Shown: one piece after another, positions 34,266-42,393 of the stretch
Layout: the number at the start of each line of letters is the position of its first letter
How positions within the stretch are numbered: position 1 is the stretch's first letter
Virus record (IMG/VR): IMGVR_UViG_3300029118_000005
Reading direction: 5' to 3' (one strand)
DNA length: 64,000 nucleotides
DNA from: a virus
Made by a program: the position numbers and the translations under genes
The notes under the pieces: generated by a model
What the model was told of the DNA's origin: nothing
What the model saw: only the letters and a program-made list of their open reading frames with translations
Databases searched by the model: none

Positions 34266-34604
34266 TTATGCACAGTACCTAGTTGTATTGTTTCCTAAAA
34301 GTTGATATATAAGTTCGTCTGCAACAGTTACTATACTCCTGCCAAAAAGACTTATAAAGTCTGCGACAATTTCCTCTGTTTCAATCGGGATAGAGTATCC
34401 ATATTCCATTGCGTGAACATGTGTTAATTCGTGGCACAGCACTTTATCAATCATCTGGCTTGACAGATCATTACACATAAAGACGGTCTTTAAATTGTTG
34501 TCGGTTACACCGAGAGTATATGTTCCGTCACTGCGCTGCAACTGCGGATCGCCAGGATTGACAAAGCAAACTTGCCAAGTGTTGTTATTTACTGTAAAAA
34601 ACAT
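34266..34604 (-). CDS. Putative zinc metallopeptidase (HExxH)
   Basis: Likely start is ATG 34604. Contains the motif CHELTHVH. Confidence 0.45.
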   Translation of the reverse strand: MFFTVNNNTWQVCFVNPGDPQLQRSDGTYTLGVTDNNLKTVFMCNDLSSQMIDKVLCHELTHVHAMEYGYSIPIETEEIVADFISLFGRSIVTVADELIYQLLGNNTTRYCA

Positions 34605-34688
34605 TTGATACCCCCCATTATAGCACATTTATAGCAAGTGCGCAATTGAAATAAAACCGGGAGCATTTGCTCCCGGCTGTACCATTGA

Positions 34689-35399
34689 TTATATACGCTG
34701 TACCCAGTTTGTCATCTTGGTTTTCATCATTGTTTTTTCGGAAGCTGAAAGCCCTGGCATGATCTCTTTAAGATCTTCGTCAATGACGGCCAGCAAGGAC
34801 TCAAGCCCTCGCATGTTTGCGTCATTGTCTTCTTTGGTGTTAGCTTTGTGCATGTCCTTAGTCTCACTGTATGACCTTCTAGCACGGTCATATCGGCTTT
34901 CTGACTTCATTCCCATATCTTCTACACTTCTACCATCTGACGGCATTTGGGAGCCTCTACGTGGGTCAGAGTAGTACATGCGCCCAAAGCGGAGTCTATC
35001 AAGATCACGCATACGCTCCTCTTCTGGCATGTCAGCCCATTCGTAATACATCTCTGGTGTCATGTGCCAATAAGGTGGCTCGTCATAACCACGTCTACCT
35101 ATGGTTCTTGTACCTCTACCCTTTGGGGCGAATCTGCCGTTAGCATATCTGTAGCGGTCGTAATAGCGTCGTGACGGGTAATCACCGTATTGCTCAACCA
35201 TTTCCATGATTTCGTCATCGTTTTGCAGCTTATCCATTGCCTCAACGATGCGATAATCTTTGTCAAAGCAAGCAATGTTCTTAACAATTTCGGTCCAATC
35301 TTTTAAATCATCAAGATTCTGACCTTCGAAATTATCAATTCCGATAGTTTTGGCTTTTTCTTTGACACATTCCAAAATCTCTTTAGCCCATTTATGCAT
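34689..35399 (-). CDS. R/Y/D-rich low-complexity protein, unknown
   Basis: 236 aa with a central tract RRYYDRYRYANGRFAPKGRGTRTIGRRGYDEPPYW... Confidence 0.45.
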   Translation of the reverse strand: MHKWAKEILECVKEKAKTIGIDNFEGQNLDDLKDWTEIVKNIACFDKDYRIVEAMDKLQNDDEIMEMVEQYGDYPSRRYYDRYRYANGRFAPKGRGTRTIGRRGYDEPPYWHMTPEMYYEWADMPEEERMRDLDRLRFGRMYYSDPRRGSQMPSDGRSVEDMGMKSESRYDRARRSYSETKDMHKANTKEDNDANMRGLESLLAVIDEDLKEIMPGLSASEKTMMKTKMTNWVQRI

Positions 35400-35412
35400 A
35401 GTCTACCTCCAA

Positions 35413-35835
35413 TTAAGCAACTCTATTCACTATAAGGTTTGCATTGGCAACCTCAATAGCAACGCCACTTGTATTCTCAACTGCAATATTTACGCAGCAG
35501 CCACGCGGAACACTGATAAAAATGCCTGAGGACACATTGTTAAATTGAGATACTGCAGCTGGTGTTGAAATCATCTTGGAAGCAGGTACTGGCTCACCAC
35601 TGATAGCAACGGCTAATGATATAGGAGCCGCAGTTCCACCGGCTGGAAGAGCTATATTTGCAGAGAAGTTTACAAAAAAACGTGCCTGACACTGATTCGT
35701 AAGACCTCTAAGAGTAATGATCCCACTGCCTTCGCGGTGCTGTATGCAGTTTGAACCCTTAACAGATGTGTTTGTAAAAGTTATATTTTCATTTGCCGCA
35801 ACTTCCTGTGTTGCGACTGCAACATATTCTGCCAT
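35413..35835 (-). CDS. BclA C-terminal-domain-like (C1q/TNF-like) protein without a collagen region
   Basis: The pattern ...ANIALPAGGTAAPISLAVAISGEPVP...VAIEVANANLIVNRVA resembles the BclA exosporium C-terminal domain, which ends ...IIIEKVA. Confidence 0.45.
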   Translation of the reverse strand: MAEYVAVATQEVAANENITFTNTSVKGSNCIQHREGSGIITLRGLTNQCQARFFVNFSANIALPAGGTAAPISLAVAISGEPVPASKMISTPAAVSQFNNVSSGIFISVPRGCCVNIAVENTSGVAIEVANANLIVNRVA

Positions 35836-35954
35836 TTGATACCTCCTTAAAATAAGGGACAGGCTCTATTTCGAGTCTGCCCCTTTGCTGATAGTAATAC
35901 TGCGTTAGTTAGCAGACATAACCGTTTTGGTTAAGATACCGATATTTAATTTTG

Positions 35955-36746
35955 TCAGCAGTTGCAACCACTATTGCATCCGCATCCGTAAGCATAGCCA
36001 TAGAGATTAGATGCCGGGAAAGACGGTACTGGAGTAGGTCTTACAGCGTCAATAATCTGATTGGTCTGCGCAGCCATTGCTGTGGTGAGCAGTGCACTCT
36101 GGCGATCCTGTGAAGCAGCTCTGCGAAGATCATTGTTCTCAGCCTGCAAGGTGGCAATCTTGTCCTGGCAAAGGTAGTCAAGGATGCTTCTCACACCTGC
36201 ATTTTGGTTGTCAATAATATCTCTGGTGTTGTTGTTCATAGTGTTCTGCAATGCGCAAGTGTTGGTTGCCATATTGTAATTTACACCCTGAATAGCTTCG
36301 CGTGTCTCGCAGCAGCAGTTAGCTAACTGTGCCTGCAGAGCATTTGTATTTTGCATATTAGCTACGGTATCAGCGTTGATAGCCTGCTGAATGCCATATC
36401 CAGTCTGCATGATGTTTGTGTTGATTCCATTAAATCCGGTTAACATGCTATTGTTAACTGCGTAGAATCCATCACAAATACCATTGTTGATTCCGTCTAA
36501 CTTTCCAACGATCGCTTGGTGATCAAAACCACGCTGAATTGCGCTATCTGTGTAGGCTGCCGCGGTAGAACCCATGCCACCACCGTTATTGCCCCAACCG
36601 CCGAAGCCATTACCCCAGCCGAAAATGGCAAAAATCAAAATGATCCAGATCCATCCCCAACCGTCGTTGCCCCAGCCACCGCTGTTGTTGCCGTTACCAT
36701 CAATGCTAGCCACTAATGGTACACTACAGTTTCCTGAGTTAAACAT
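35955..36746 (-). CDS. Membrane protein with G/W-rich N-terminus (YjcZ-like) and Cys-rich C-terminus
   Basis: Likely start is ATG 36746 with GGAGG RBS. Contains GGWGNDGWGWIWIILIFAIFGWGNGFGGWGNNGGG, a Q/N-rich core, and ends YGCGCNSGCNC. Confidence 0.5.
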   Translation of the reverse strand: MFNSGNCSVPLVASIDGNGNNSGGWGNDGWGWIWIILIFAIFGWGNGFGGWGNNGGGMGSTAAAYTDSAIQRGFDHQAIVGKLDGINNGICDGFYAVNNSMLTGFNGINTNIMQTGYGIQQAINADTVANMQNTNALQAQLANCCCETREAIQGVNYNMATNTCALQNTMNNNTRDIIDNQNAGVRSILDYLCQDKIATLQAENNDLRRAASQDRQSALLTTAMAAQTNQIIDAVRPTPVPSFPASNLYGYAYGCGCNSGCNC

Positions 36747-36808
36747 ACTATTTACCTCCGTAATATTTTTTATATACATAATCTTGCGCAAGAATTAGTA
36801 TCATGTTT

Positions 36809-37048
36809 TTATTGCATTCCAAATTGATTTTTTATCTGGCGAACTGCATCATCAACATTTATCCCTTTCTCTTTGCAAAGGTTGCGAGCTAATTGTTCTA
36901 CACCCTTTGTATCACCTTTATTTGCCATATCCATAGCATTTTTTAAAATAGGATTGCTCATAGCTTGGCTGTTTCCAGCCATCTGTTGCAAAAACTGCTG
37001 CGGATTCCTCATGGCTTGAAATAGCTGAAATGGATTATTCATTCTCAT
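36809..37048 (-). CDS. Hypothetical small protein
   Basis: 79-aa ORF, overlapping the upstream gene end. Confidence 0.4.
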   Translation of the reverse strand: MRMNNPFQLFQAMRNPQQFLQQMAGNSQAMSNPILKNAMDMANKGDTKGVEQLARNLCKEKGINVDDAVRQIKNQFGMQ

Positions 37049-37556
37049 TCGCCTCCTTCTTTAAGCCTCCGGACCTTTTAGGCGCTATTTTAGGCATCAG
37101 TTCATCAAACTTCTTTTCAAGGCTATCAAATCTTGCCATAAATGCCTCTGTAGCCTCGTCAGACAGCCCCATTTTCATTTTGGACATGTCAGCTGAACTA
37201 TTCGCCGCATTTGGCTGTGAAGCTGTGTACGGCTTATATACAATCGTTCTAATGGTTCCATCTGCATTCCATGATTTTGTATAGATCTCTGACATGTCTT
37301 GCTTTGGGAATACGGCAACTGAGCCGTCCATAGGTACATCGTTCGCAGTAATTTGTTCGACAGCTTGCACGACCTTTCCGTTCAATCCAGCTTGCTGCTG
37401 TGGCTGAATATTTTGCTGTTGATTAAAAAGCGGTTGGTTTTGCTGCAGATCATAACGCGGCTGCTGATATTGATACGGGTAATAACTATTATATTGGCCA
37501 TACATTGTCTGTTGGTTGTACGGTTGATACATCTGATTTGGTATCGGCATCGTCAA
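37035..37556 (-). CDS. Protein with Q/Y/N-rich prion-like N-terminal domain
   Basis: 18 Q and 9 Y in the first 60 aa. The real start may be ATG 37550 (GGAGTG RBS). Confidence 0.5.
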   Translation of the reverse strand: MTMPIPNQMYQPYNQQTMYGQYNSYYPYQYQQPRYDLQQNQPLFNQQQNIQPQQQAGLNGKVVQAVEQITANDVPMDGSVAVFPKQDMSEIYTKSWNADGTIRTIVYKPYTASQPNAANSSADMSKMKMGLSDEATEAFMARFDSLEKKFDELMPKIAPKRSGGLKKEANENE

Positions 37557-37683
37557 TTATCACTCCTTCCTCGTCAAGGACCTCTCCAATAGCTTGAATC
37601 ATTGCTGATTGATACTGCATTGGAATCATACATACATCTGGTCTTTCAAATATTTTAGTCAAAAATGATTCGGGAAACATCAT
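37489..37683 (-). CDS. Hypothetical small protein
   Basis: 64-aa ORF, first in the cassette after the terminator at 37766-37799. Its 3' end overlaps the next gene. Confidence 0.35.
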   Translation of the reverse strand: MMFPESFLTKIFERPDVCMIPMQYQSAMIQAIGEVLDEEGVIIDDADTKSDVSTVQPTDNVWPI

Positions 37684-37765
37684 TCACACCTTCCTTCCTC
37701 TTATTCTGACTGTATTGTGCCATAAAAATAAGATGTAAAAACGACAGGGATACGACATATTAACG

Positions 37766-37799
37766 ACAAAAAGAGCTGCCAGATAAACTGACAACTCTT
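37766..37799 (-). terminator. Rho-independent terminator of the cas8e-like/HTH operon
   Basis: Minus-strand RNA reads AAGAGUUGUCAG-UUUAU-CUGGCAGCUCUU (12 bp including 2 G-U pairs) followed by UUUG. Confidence 0.7.
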
Positions 37800-37809
37800 T
37801 CAAAGAATA

Positions 37810-37875
37810 TTTTACTGTAAATAAATGTCAAATATTGTTAAATAAAGTTAAATAATGTAAAGAAATGTAAAATAC
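37810..37875. repeat. Junction motif copy B (inverted orientation), lying in the 3' UTR between the HTH stop and the terminator
   Basis: TTTTACTGTAAATAAATGTCAAAT ... AATAATGTAAAGAAATGTAAAATAC. Confidence 0.75.
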
Positions 37876-37879
37876 ACTA

Positions 37880-38113
37880 TTACAACATCTGCAATTCCTC
37901 TCCGGTGTCCTTTGATGTGAGTTTGATAGAAACGTCATATCCTAATGCTTCGGATATCTGGCGTATATCACTTTCTCTAAAATTATTTAATCTAAGCTTT
38001 TTGGACACGTTAGATTGAGAGCACCCTAACAGTTTTGCAAGCTGAACTCCGTCCATCTCTTTCTTAAACATTATTGTTTTTACAATGTTCGAAAATGTGT
38101 TTTTGCTTTCCAT
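37880..38113 (-). CDS. XRE-type HTH protein (aca-like position)
   Basis: The ATG abuts the TAA of the cas8e-like gene, and the RBS GGAGGAAGG lies inside that gene. The HTH is GVQLAKLLGCSQSNVSKKL. Confidence 0.65.
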   Translation of the reverse strand: MESKNTFSNIVKTIMFKKEMDGVQLAKLLGCSQSNVSKKLRLNNFRESDIRQISEALGYDVSIKLTSKDTGEELQML

Positions 38114-39673
38114 TTACTCACCTTCCTCCTTCGGTTTAAGATCTGCCTTGTAAGAGCTTAAATGTTCTTCTATAGTTTCAAGACTATTGGATTCCTCTGG
38201 AATCAATCGGTTGAGATAATATAAAAAAGAATTATAAGCCTTTGCTGTGCAATAATACTTTTCCTTGCCATTCACCGTAACTATTCGACCTCTAAATGAT
38301 GTCGGGGATGCATTATCAATTAAAGATTTAGAAAAGTCCAGTGCAGACTGCTTGACCATTCTTAGAAAATATTCAAATGCGGTGGCGCTTGATGAAAGAA
38401 ATCTGGACCAAATCAAATCTAGGTTACTAGAAAACTCATATTTTTTAAGTTCAGTCGGATTCTGCTTGCCACTAGCCATCTGAATATTGTAGGATAATAC
38501 ACCAATTTCATTTGTAATATAACGGCATAGTTCAATGGCAACAGATATGTAATCTGCAAAGTTAGGATCGAGATTCGCTGTAAATCTTTTTGAACATTCA
38601 TCGACAAACTTCATTGCCTTAGAGTCATACATCATTCCACAAGTTTGAAAGCCTGCGTTGCTAATTCCGATTAAGCGCAACCATGTAACAGTGTCTTGAT
38701 TGCTGTAAAGTATCTTGTCGAGTAGTTGCCACAATGGAACATCGTTAAATAAGCGAAGTGGTTTAGCACTGTTACTATTTAAAATGTAAAGTGCCATGGT
38801 TTCAGCTACAACACGTTCTTTATCAAAAAACTCCCCACCCAATGCATTAAATCCGGTTATGACCCCATTTTCACGCTTGAGAAATATCCTGCGCGATTGG
38901 TGCGTGAATAATTCCGCTGGGTTAGAAGGTGGATCAATCTTTTTGCGCTCATCGGATCGTGGCGAGCATTCCCATATTGGGCAAGGCTTAGGCCACAATT
39001 CTCCATTACCATTCTGTAAAGGAACTAGGTTCATCATAAGTGTTTCAAAAAGATTTCGCCCGATTGCGTAAACAATAGTATTTTGCCCCAACCATCCAAT
39101 ACTGATTGAAGGCAAGCCTGTCCTACTTGGCTTTACAGAAACATCGTCATACCCGTTGATAAAAAGAAGCCATCTAGCCGCTTCTGCATATGTTAGTTGC
39201 ATTTTTGCTTCTCCACTTCTTGCTGCAAAAATTCGTACCTTGTTGTTGCTTTCAGAAATTTCTCCGTTTAACTTTGCAGCACCAAAAGCAGTTCCTTTTT
39301 TAGCTTCGTTTGCCTGATAGAATGGAGCATCAGGATGAAAAAGCCAGAAACGTTCTCTGTATTCTTCTAAATATTTTAAAAACGTTTCTGGAAAATGACC
39401 GAGACTCCAATAACTTTTCCAACGGCTGATTGCTTCATCCCTGTTTGAAAGTGGAATTTCATCACCGTTTGAGTCGAATCTTGCGAATCCAGAATGAGCA
39501 ATTGCAAGAAGTAGCCGTATCATTGCGACATTTTGAGTATCTGTTTCACCTGCCAAATCCATGTATTCATGACTGCGGGCGAAAACTTCTTTAAGTGAAA
39601 CTTCTTTAATAGTATAATTTGGAAGCAATACACGCACCCAGTTTTCATCAAGCAAATTAAATTCTTTCTTCAT
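38114..39673 (-). CDS. cas8e: Cas8e/Cse1 (CasA)-like protein, full length, orphan
   Basis: Six segments are collinear with E. coli and T. thermophilus CasA as I recall them: FNLLDENWVRV, VAMIRLLLAIAH, GHFPETFLKYLEEYRERFWLFHPDAPFYQ, LTYAEAARWLLF, GRNLFETLMMNLVP and CPIWE. 519 aa. Confidence 0.75.
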   Translation of the reverse strand: MKKEFNLLDENWVRVLLPNYTIKEVSLKEVFARSHEYMDLAGETDTQNVAMIRLLLAIAHSGFARFDSNGDEIPLSNRDEAISRWKSYWSLGHFPETFLKYLEEYRERFWLFHPDAPFYQANEAKKGTAFGAAKLNGEISESNNKVRIFAARSGEAKMQLTYAEAARWLLFINGYDDVSVKPSRTGLPSISIGWLGQNTIVYAIGRNLFETLMMNLVPLQNGNGELWPKPCPIWECSPRSDERKKIDPPSNPAELFTHQSRRIFLKRENGVITGFNALGGEFFDKERVVAETMALYILNSNSAKPLRLFNDVPLWQLLDKILYSNQDTVTWLRLIGISNAGFQTCGMMYDSKAMKFVDECSKRFTANLDPNFADYISVAIELCRYITNEIGVLSYNIQMASGKQNPTELKKYEFSSNLDLIWSRFLSSSATAFEYFLRMVKQSALDFSKSLIDNASPTSFRGRIVTVNGKEKYYCTAKAYNSFLYYLNRLIPEESNSLETIEEHLSSYKADLKPKEEGE

Positions 39674-39689
39674 ATATATCCTTCTTTCT

Positions 39690-39718
39690 ACAGTTCTTTA
39701 CATTAAAATAATGTCAAA
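39690..39718. promoter_or_regulatory. Junction motif copy C: operator/promoter element upstream of the cas8e-like gene
   Basis: ACAGTTCTTTACATTAAAATAATGTCAAA. The palindrome ACATTAAAATAATGT lies at 39700-39714. The reverse strand carries TTGACA. Confidence 0.6.
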
Positions 39719-39723
39719 TAAGG

Positions 39724-41178
39724 TTAAATACTGTTATTTACTAATATATATATTTCTTGCAATGCGTAATCTATATTTATACGGCTCAAATATCCGATTT
39801 TTGCATTCCAATCTTGAGCCTGTGCAATCATGGCATAATACAGTTTGTGGCTCAGGTGAGCAGTTACGAAGAACACAAAGTCAGATTTTTTTAATGCAGC
39901 GTTGCGCACAGTGCTGACATTTCCTGCACTGATATATTGCCAATCCGGAAGATAAGTTTTAAGCTTCTTTATCAAGTTTGGATACCCTCCAACAATTGTA
40001 CCACTAATGTTTTTTAATTGCTGAATTTGCTCTTTAGATAGCTTATTTGCAATTTCGGTTTCCGAATCAGATTCCAGTGAAAACATATGCTCTCGTAAAG
40101 CATAAAGCTCCCTACGTTCACCCTCTACCTTTTGCAGTTCGGATTTTAGTGCATCATTCTTCTGCTTGAGTAGATTTATCTCATCAGATAAGCGCTGAAC
40201 CTGCTCAGTACAAGCTTTTTGTTCAGACATCCTGCGTTCCTGAGATTCAGATAATGCAGATTTGGCTTGAAGCAATTCATTTTTAATGCTCTCTACTTCA
40301 ATATACACGTCTTCACGATTGTGTTGGAAGTAGTATTCTTTAGACTGCTTATATGCCTTACACATAGCTAATATATAGCTCGTATATTTTGCATAAGTCA
40401 GGAAATCCTCACGTATTCCTCCTCTTTTTCCGTGCGTATAAGCAATTGCTAGTGCTTCCAGATCTTCATGTGTGAACTGTAATTCAGAAAAAATAGAAAC
40501 GCTTGAAAGTGACTCAATGTCAAACACGGTAGTGTATCCAAATTCCTCATCTTTTGGTGCTAACTGGATCTGCTTAAATAAATCTTTTGGAAGTTGACTA
40601 ATGTATGATTTTGCTCTTTCCTGAAAAGCACAGTCATATTTCTTTAAGCCTTTTTGTATTCTGCGTTCTGGATTGTATCCGTAGTTTGCAATAAAGCAAA
40701 GTAATTCATCACATTTTTTACGTTCTTGCACTAACTCTTGCGGCCACATATTTAAAAAGTAATAGCCTGCAAATAAATGGCCATTAAAATTATCGTCCGA
40801 AACATGATCTGACTTTGCAAGCTTTGCATAAATGACTTCTCCGATTACACTATCAAAATGAAGCGGTTCGTCTTTTGGAAGCCTTTTAAAAATGTTGTAT
40901 AGCTTTCTGTATCCCTTTTTGAAAAGAATATCCAAAGAAGTCTGTGCTTGTTCATCTTCTGTGTAGCTATATTCGACGATTCCGAGTGCTTTTTTATAAG
41001 CTTCTTCTGTTTGCAAAGACAGCTCTTCCGAAAATAAAGTATTGTAATATTCGCTCTGCTTTGCAGCATTATAATAAGCTACAGCATTCTTGCCATATTC
41101 GCTTTCTAAATCTAATCGTATATGGCGTGCAAACGCGATAGCGCAAGCGTAAAACGGTATCAAGTTTACTTGCTCCAT
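39724..41178 (-). CDS. Coiled-coil protein with C-terminal DUF2325-like domain
   Basis: 484 aa with GGAGG RBS. The central coiled coil is followed by a C-terminus GTIVGGYPNLIKKLK...SDFVFFVTAHLSHKLYY...KIGYL that fits the DUF2325 pattern. Confidence 0.5.
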   Translation of the reverse strand: MEQVNLIPFYACAIAFARHIRLDLESEYGKNAVAYYNAAKQSEYYNTLFSEELSLQTEEAYKKALGIVEYSYTEDEQAQTSLDILFKKGYRKLYNIFKRLPKDEPLHFDSVIGEVIYAKLAKSDHVSDDNFNGHLFAGYYFLNMWPQELVQERKKCDELLCFIANYGYNPERRIQKGLKKYDCAFQERAKSYISQLPKDLFKQIQLAPKDEEFGYTTVFDIESLSSVSIFSELQFTHEDLEALAIAYTHGKRGGIREDFLTYAKYTSYILAMCKAYKQSKEYYFQHNREDVYIEVESIKNELLQAKSALSESQERRMSEQKACTEQVQRLSDEINLLKQKNDALKSELQKVEGERRELYALREHMFSLESDSETEIANKLSKEQIQQLKNISGTIVGGYPNLIKKLKTYLPDWQYISAGNVSTVRNAALKKSDFVFFVTAHLSHKLYYAMIAQAQDWNAKIGYLSRINIDYALQEIYILVNNSI

Positions 41179-41227
41179 AAAATGCCTCCTTTCTTTAATT
41201 TTAGTAAAGAATTATCTTGTGATAAAA

Positions 41228-41728
41228 TTACCAAAATTTTATTTTTTGATTACGTAAATAGGATCTATTTTTTGATTTATTATAAATCTCATAATGCGTT
41301 AAATACATTGCAAAATCATCGTTCCATGCCTTTTCTAATTTGACCTTATATTCCGTAATATGCCCAGACTTATATATTCGTATCGCGTGATATCTGCCGT
41401 ATGTATCGCCGCTATCTGTATGCCATATGAATAAATCTACATATCCATTGTAATAATCTTTTTTAACTTGTTTGTACATGTTACAGCATAATTCAGTTGT
41501 TGGCAAATCAAATTTGTCAATGTAATTAAATGCCATTGTAAACTCGCCACTCGCAAACACAGTTAATGCTGATACAATATCAATTGTTTTCATATTATTA
41601 GCGGATAGTAAACGCCGTAATGATTCTGCAATATTACAATTCCGTTCATATATCACATCGTCAAGTTTTCCTTCTGCAATAGCATTTTTAACACTAACTA
41701 TTCTTTCATAAATCTCATTACTTACCAT
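41228..41728 (-). CDS. Hypothetical protein
   Basis: 166-aa ORF with AAGGAGG RBS. First gene of its cassette. Confidence 0.5.
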   Translation of the reverse strand: MVSNEIYERIVSVKNAIAEGKLDDVIYERNCNIAESLRRLLSANNMKTIDIVSALTVFASGEFTMAFNYIDKFDLPTTELCCNMYKQVKKDYYNGYVDLFIWHTDSGDTYGRYHAIRIYKSGHITEYKVKLEKAWNDDFAMYLTHYEIYNKSKNRSYLRNQKIKFW

Positions 41729-41757
41729 AATAAAATCCTCCTTTTAACAATTTTTAA

Positions 41758-41807
41758 CAGTTCTTTACATTATTAACCCTTTTTTAAATGTCAAATAATG
41801 TAAAGAA
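41758..41807. repeat. Junction motif copy D: perfect 12-bp inverted repeat TTCTTTACATTA - N23 - TAATGTAAAGAA
   Basis: The arms lie at 41761-41772 and 41796-41807. Preceded by ACAG, as in copy C. Confidence 0.8.
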
Positions 41808-42176
41808 TTATAGATCATGTGTCCGCATGTATTCCTCGATGGCAAAGCAAGCAAATCCTGCTAGGGTGCGGCCTGACTTACGAGCGGCTTCTGAAAAGGC
41901 TGCCTTTTGCGATTCAGTACACGATACACTGAACTGAATCTTACGCTCAGCTGCAGGGACTTCTCTGCGCCCTACATACCCACCATTTGGACCAATCTTT
42001 GGAGTTGGGTTATATCCAGGCGTATACACTCTGTTTGGATCAACTGGAGCGGAGACAAATACTGATTTTTTTTCCACCGGCTGGATGCTTGGAATTTCAG
42101 TTTCGCCAGTATCTGCAAAATCAATGCCGGCTGTCACATCAAAAGAAGTGGTGGTGGTGTTATCTTTCTTTCTCAT
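41808..42176 (-). CDS. Ribbon-helix-helix DNA-binding protein (HicB-C-terminal / ParG-like)
   Basis: The C-terminus KIQFSVSCTESQKAAFSEAARKSGRTLAGFACFAIEEYMR is an RHH pattern. Confidence 0.5.
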   Translation of the reverse strand: MRKKDNTTTTSFDVTAGIDFADTGETEIPSIQPVEKKSVFVSAPVDPNRVYTPGYNPTPKIGPNGGYVGRREVPAAERKIQFSVSCTESQKAAFSEAARKSGRTLAGFACFAIEEYMRTHDL

Positions 42177-42189
42177 ATCAAATTACTCC

Positions 42190-42318
42190 TTAATAAGTCA
42201 ATGTTTCTTCCAGTCTAGTTTCCTCTACTGGAGTTGCGTCTGGAAAATCTACGAACTCCAAATGGTAGCAATTGCCACAGTTTTTTAATGTGGCTGGATA
42301 AAAGTATCTTTTTTCCAT
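42190..42318 (-). CDS. HicB N-terminal-like fragment (42 aa)
   Basis: MEKRYFYPATLKNCGNCYHLEFVDFPDATPVEETRLEETLTY resembles the HicB N-terminus (YSYPA...Y.V.FPD..G..T.G.TLEEA). GGAAAGAGGA RBS. The stop overlaps the RBS of the RHH gene. Confidence 0.35.
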   Translation of the reverse strand: MEKRYFYPATLKNCGNCYHLEFVDFPDATPVEETRLEETLTY

Positions 42319-42393
42319 AAATCCTCTTTCCACGCCCTGTTAGACGCTTTTTTATTTGCCTTGCTGAGATTTTTTATAATCTTTCGGTCACAA

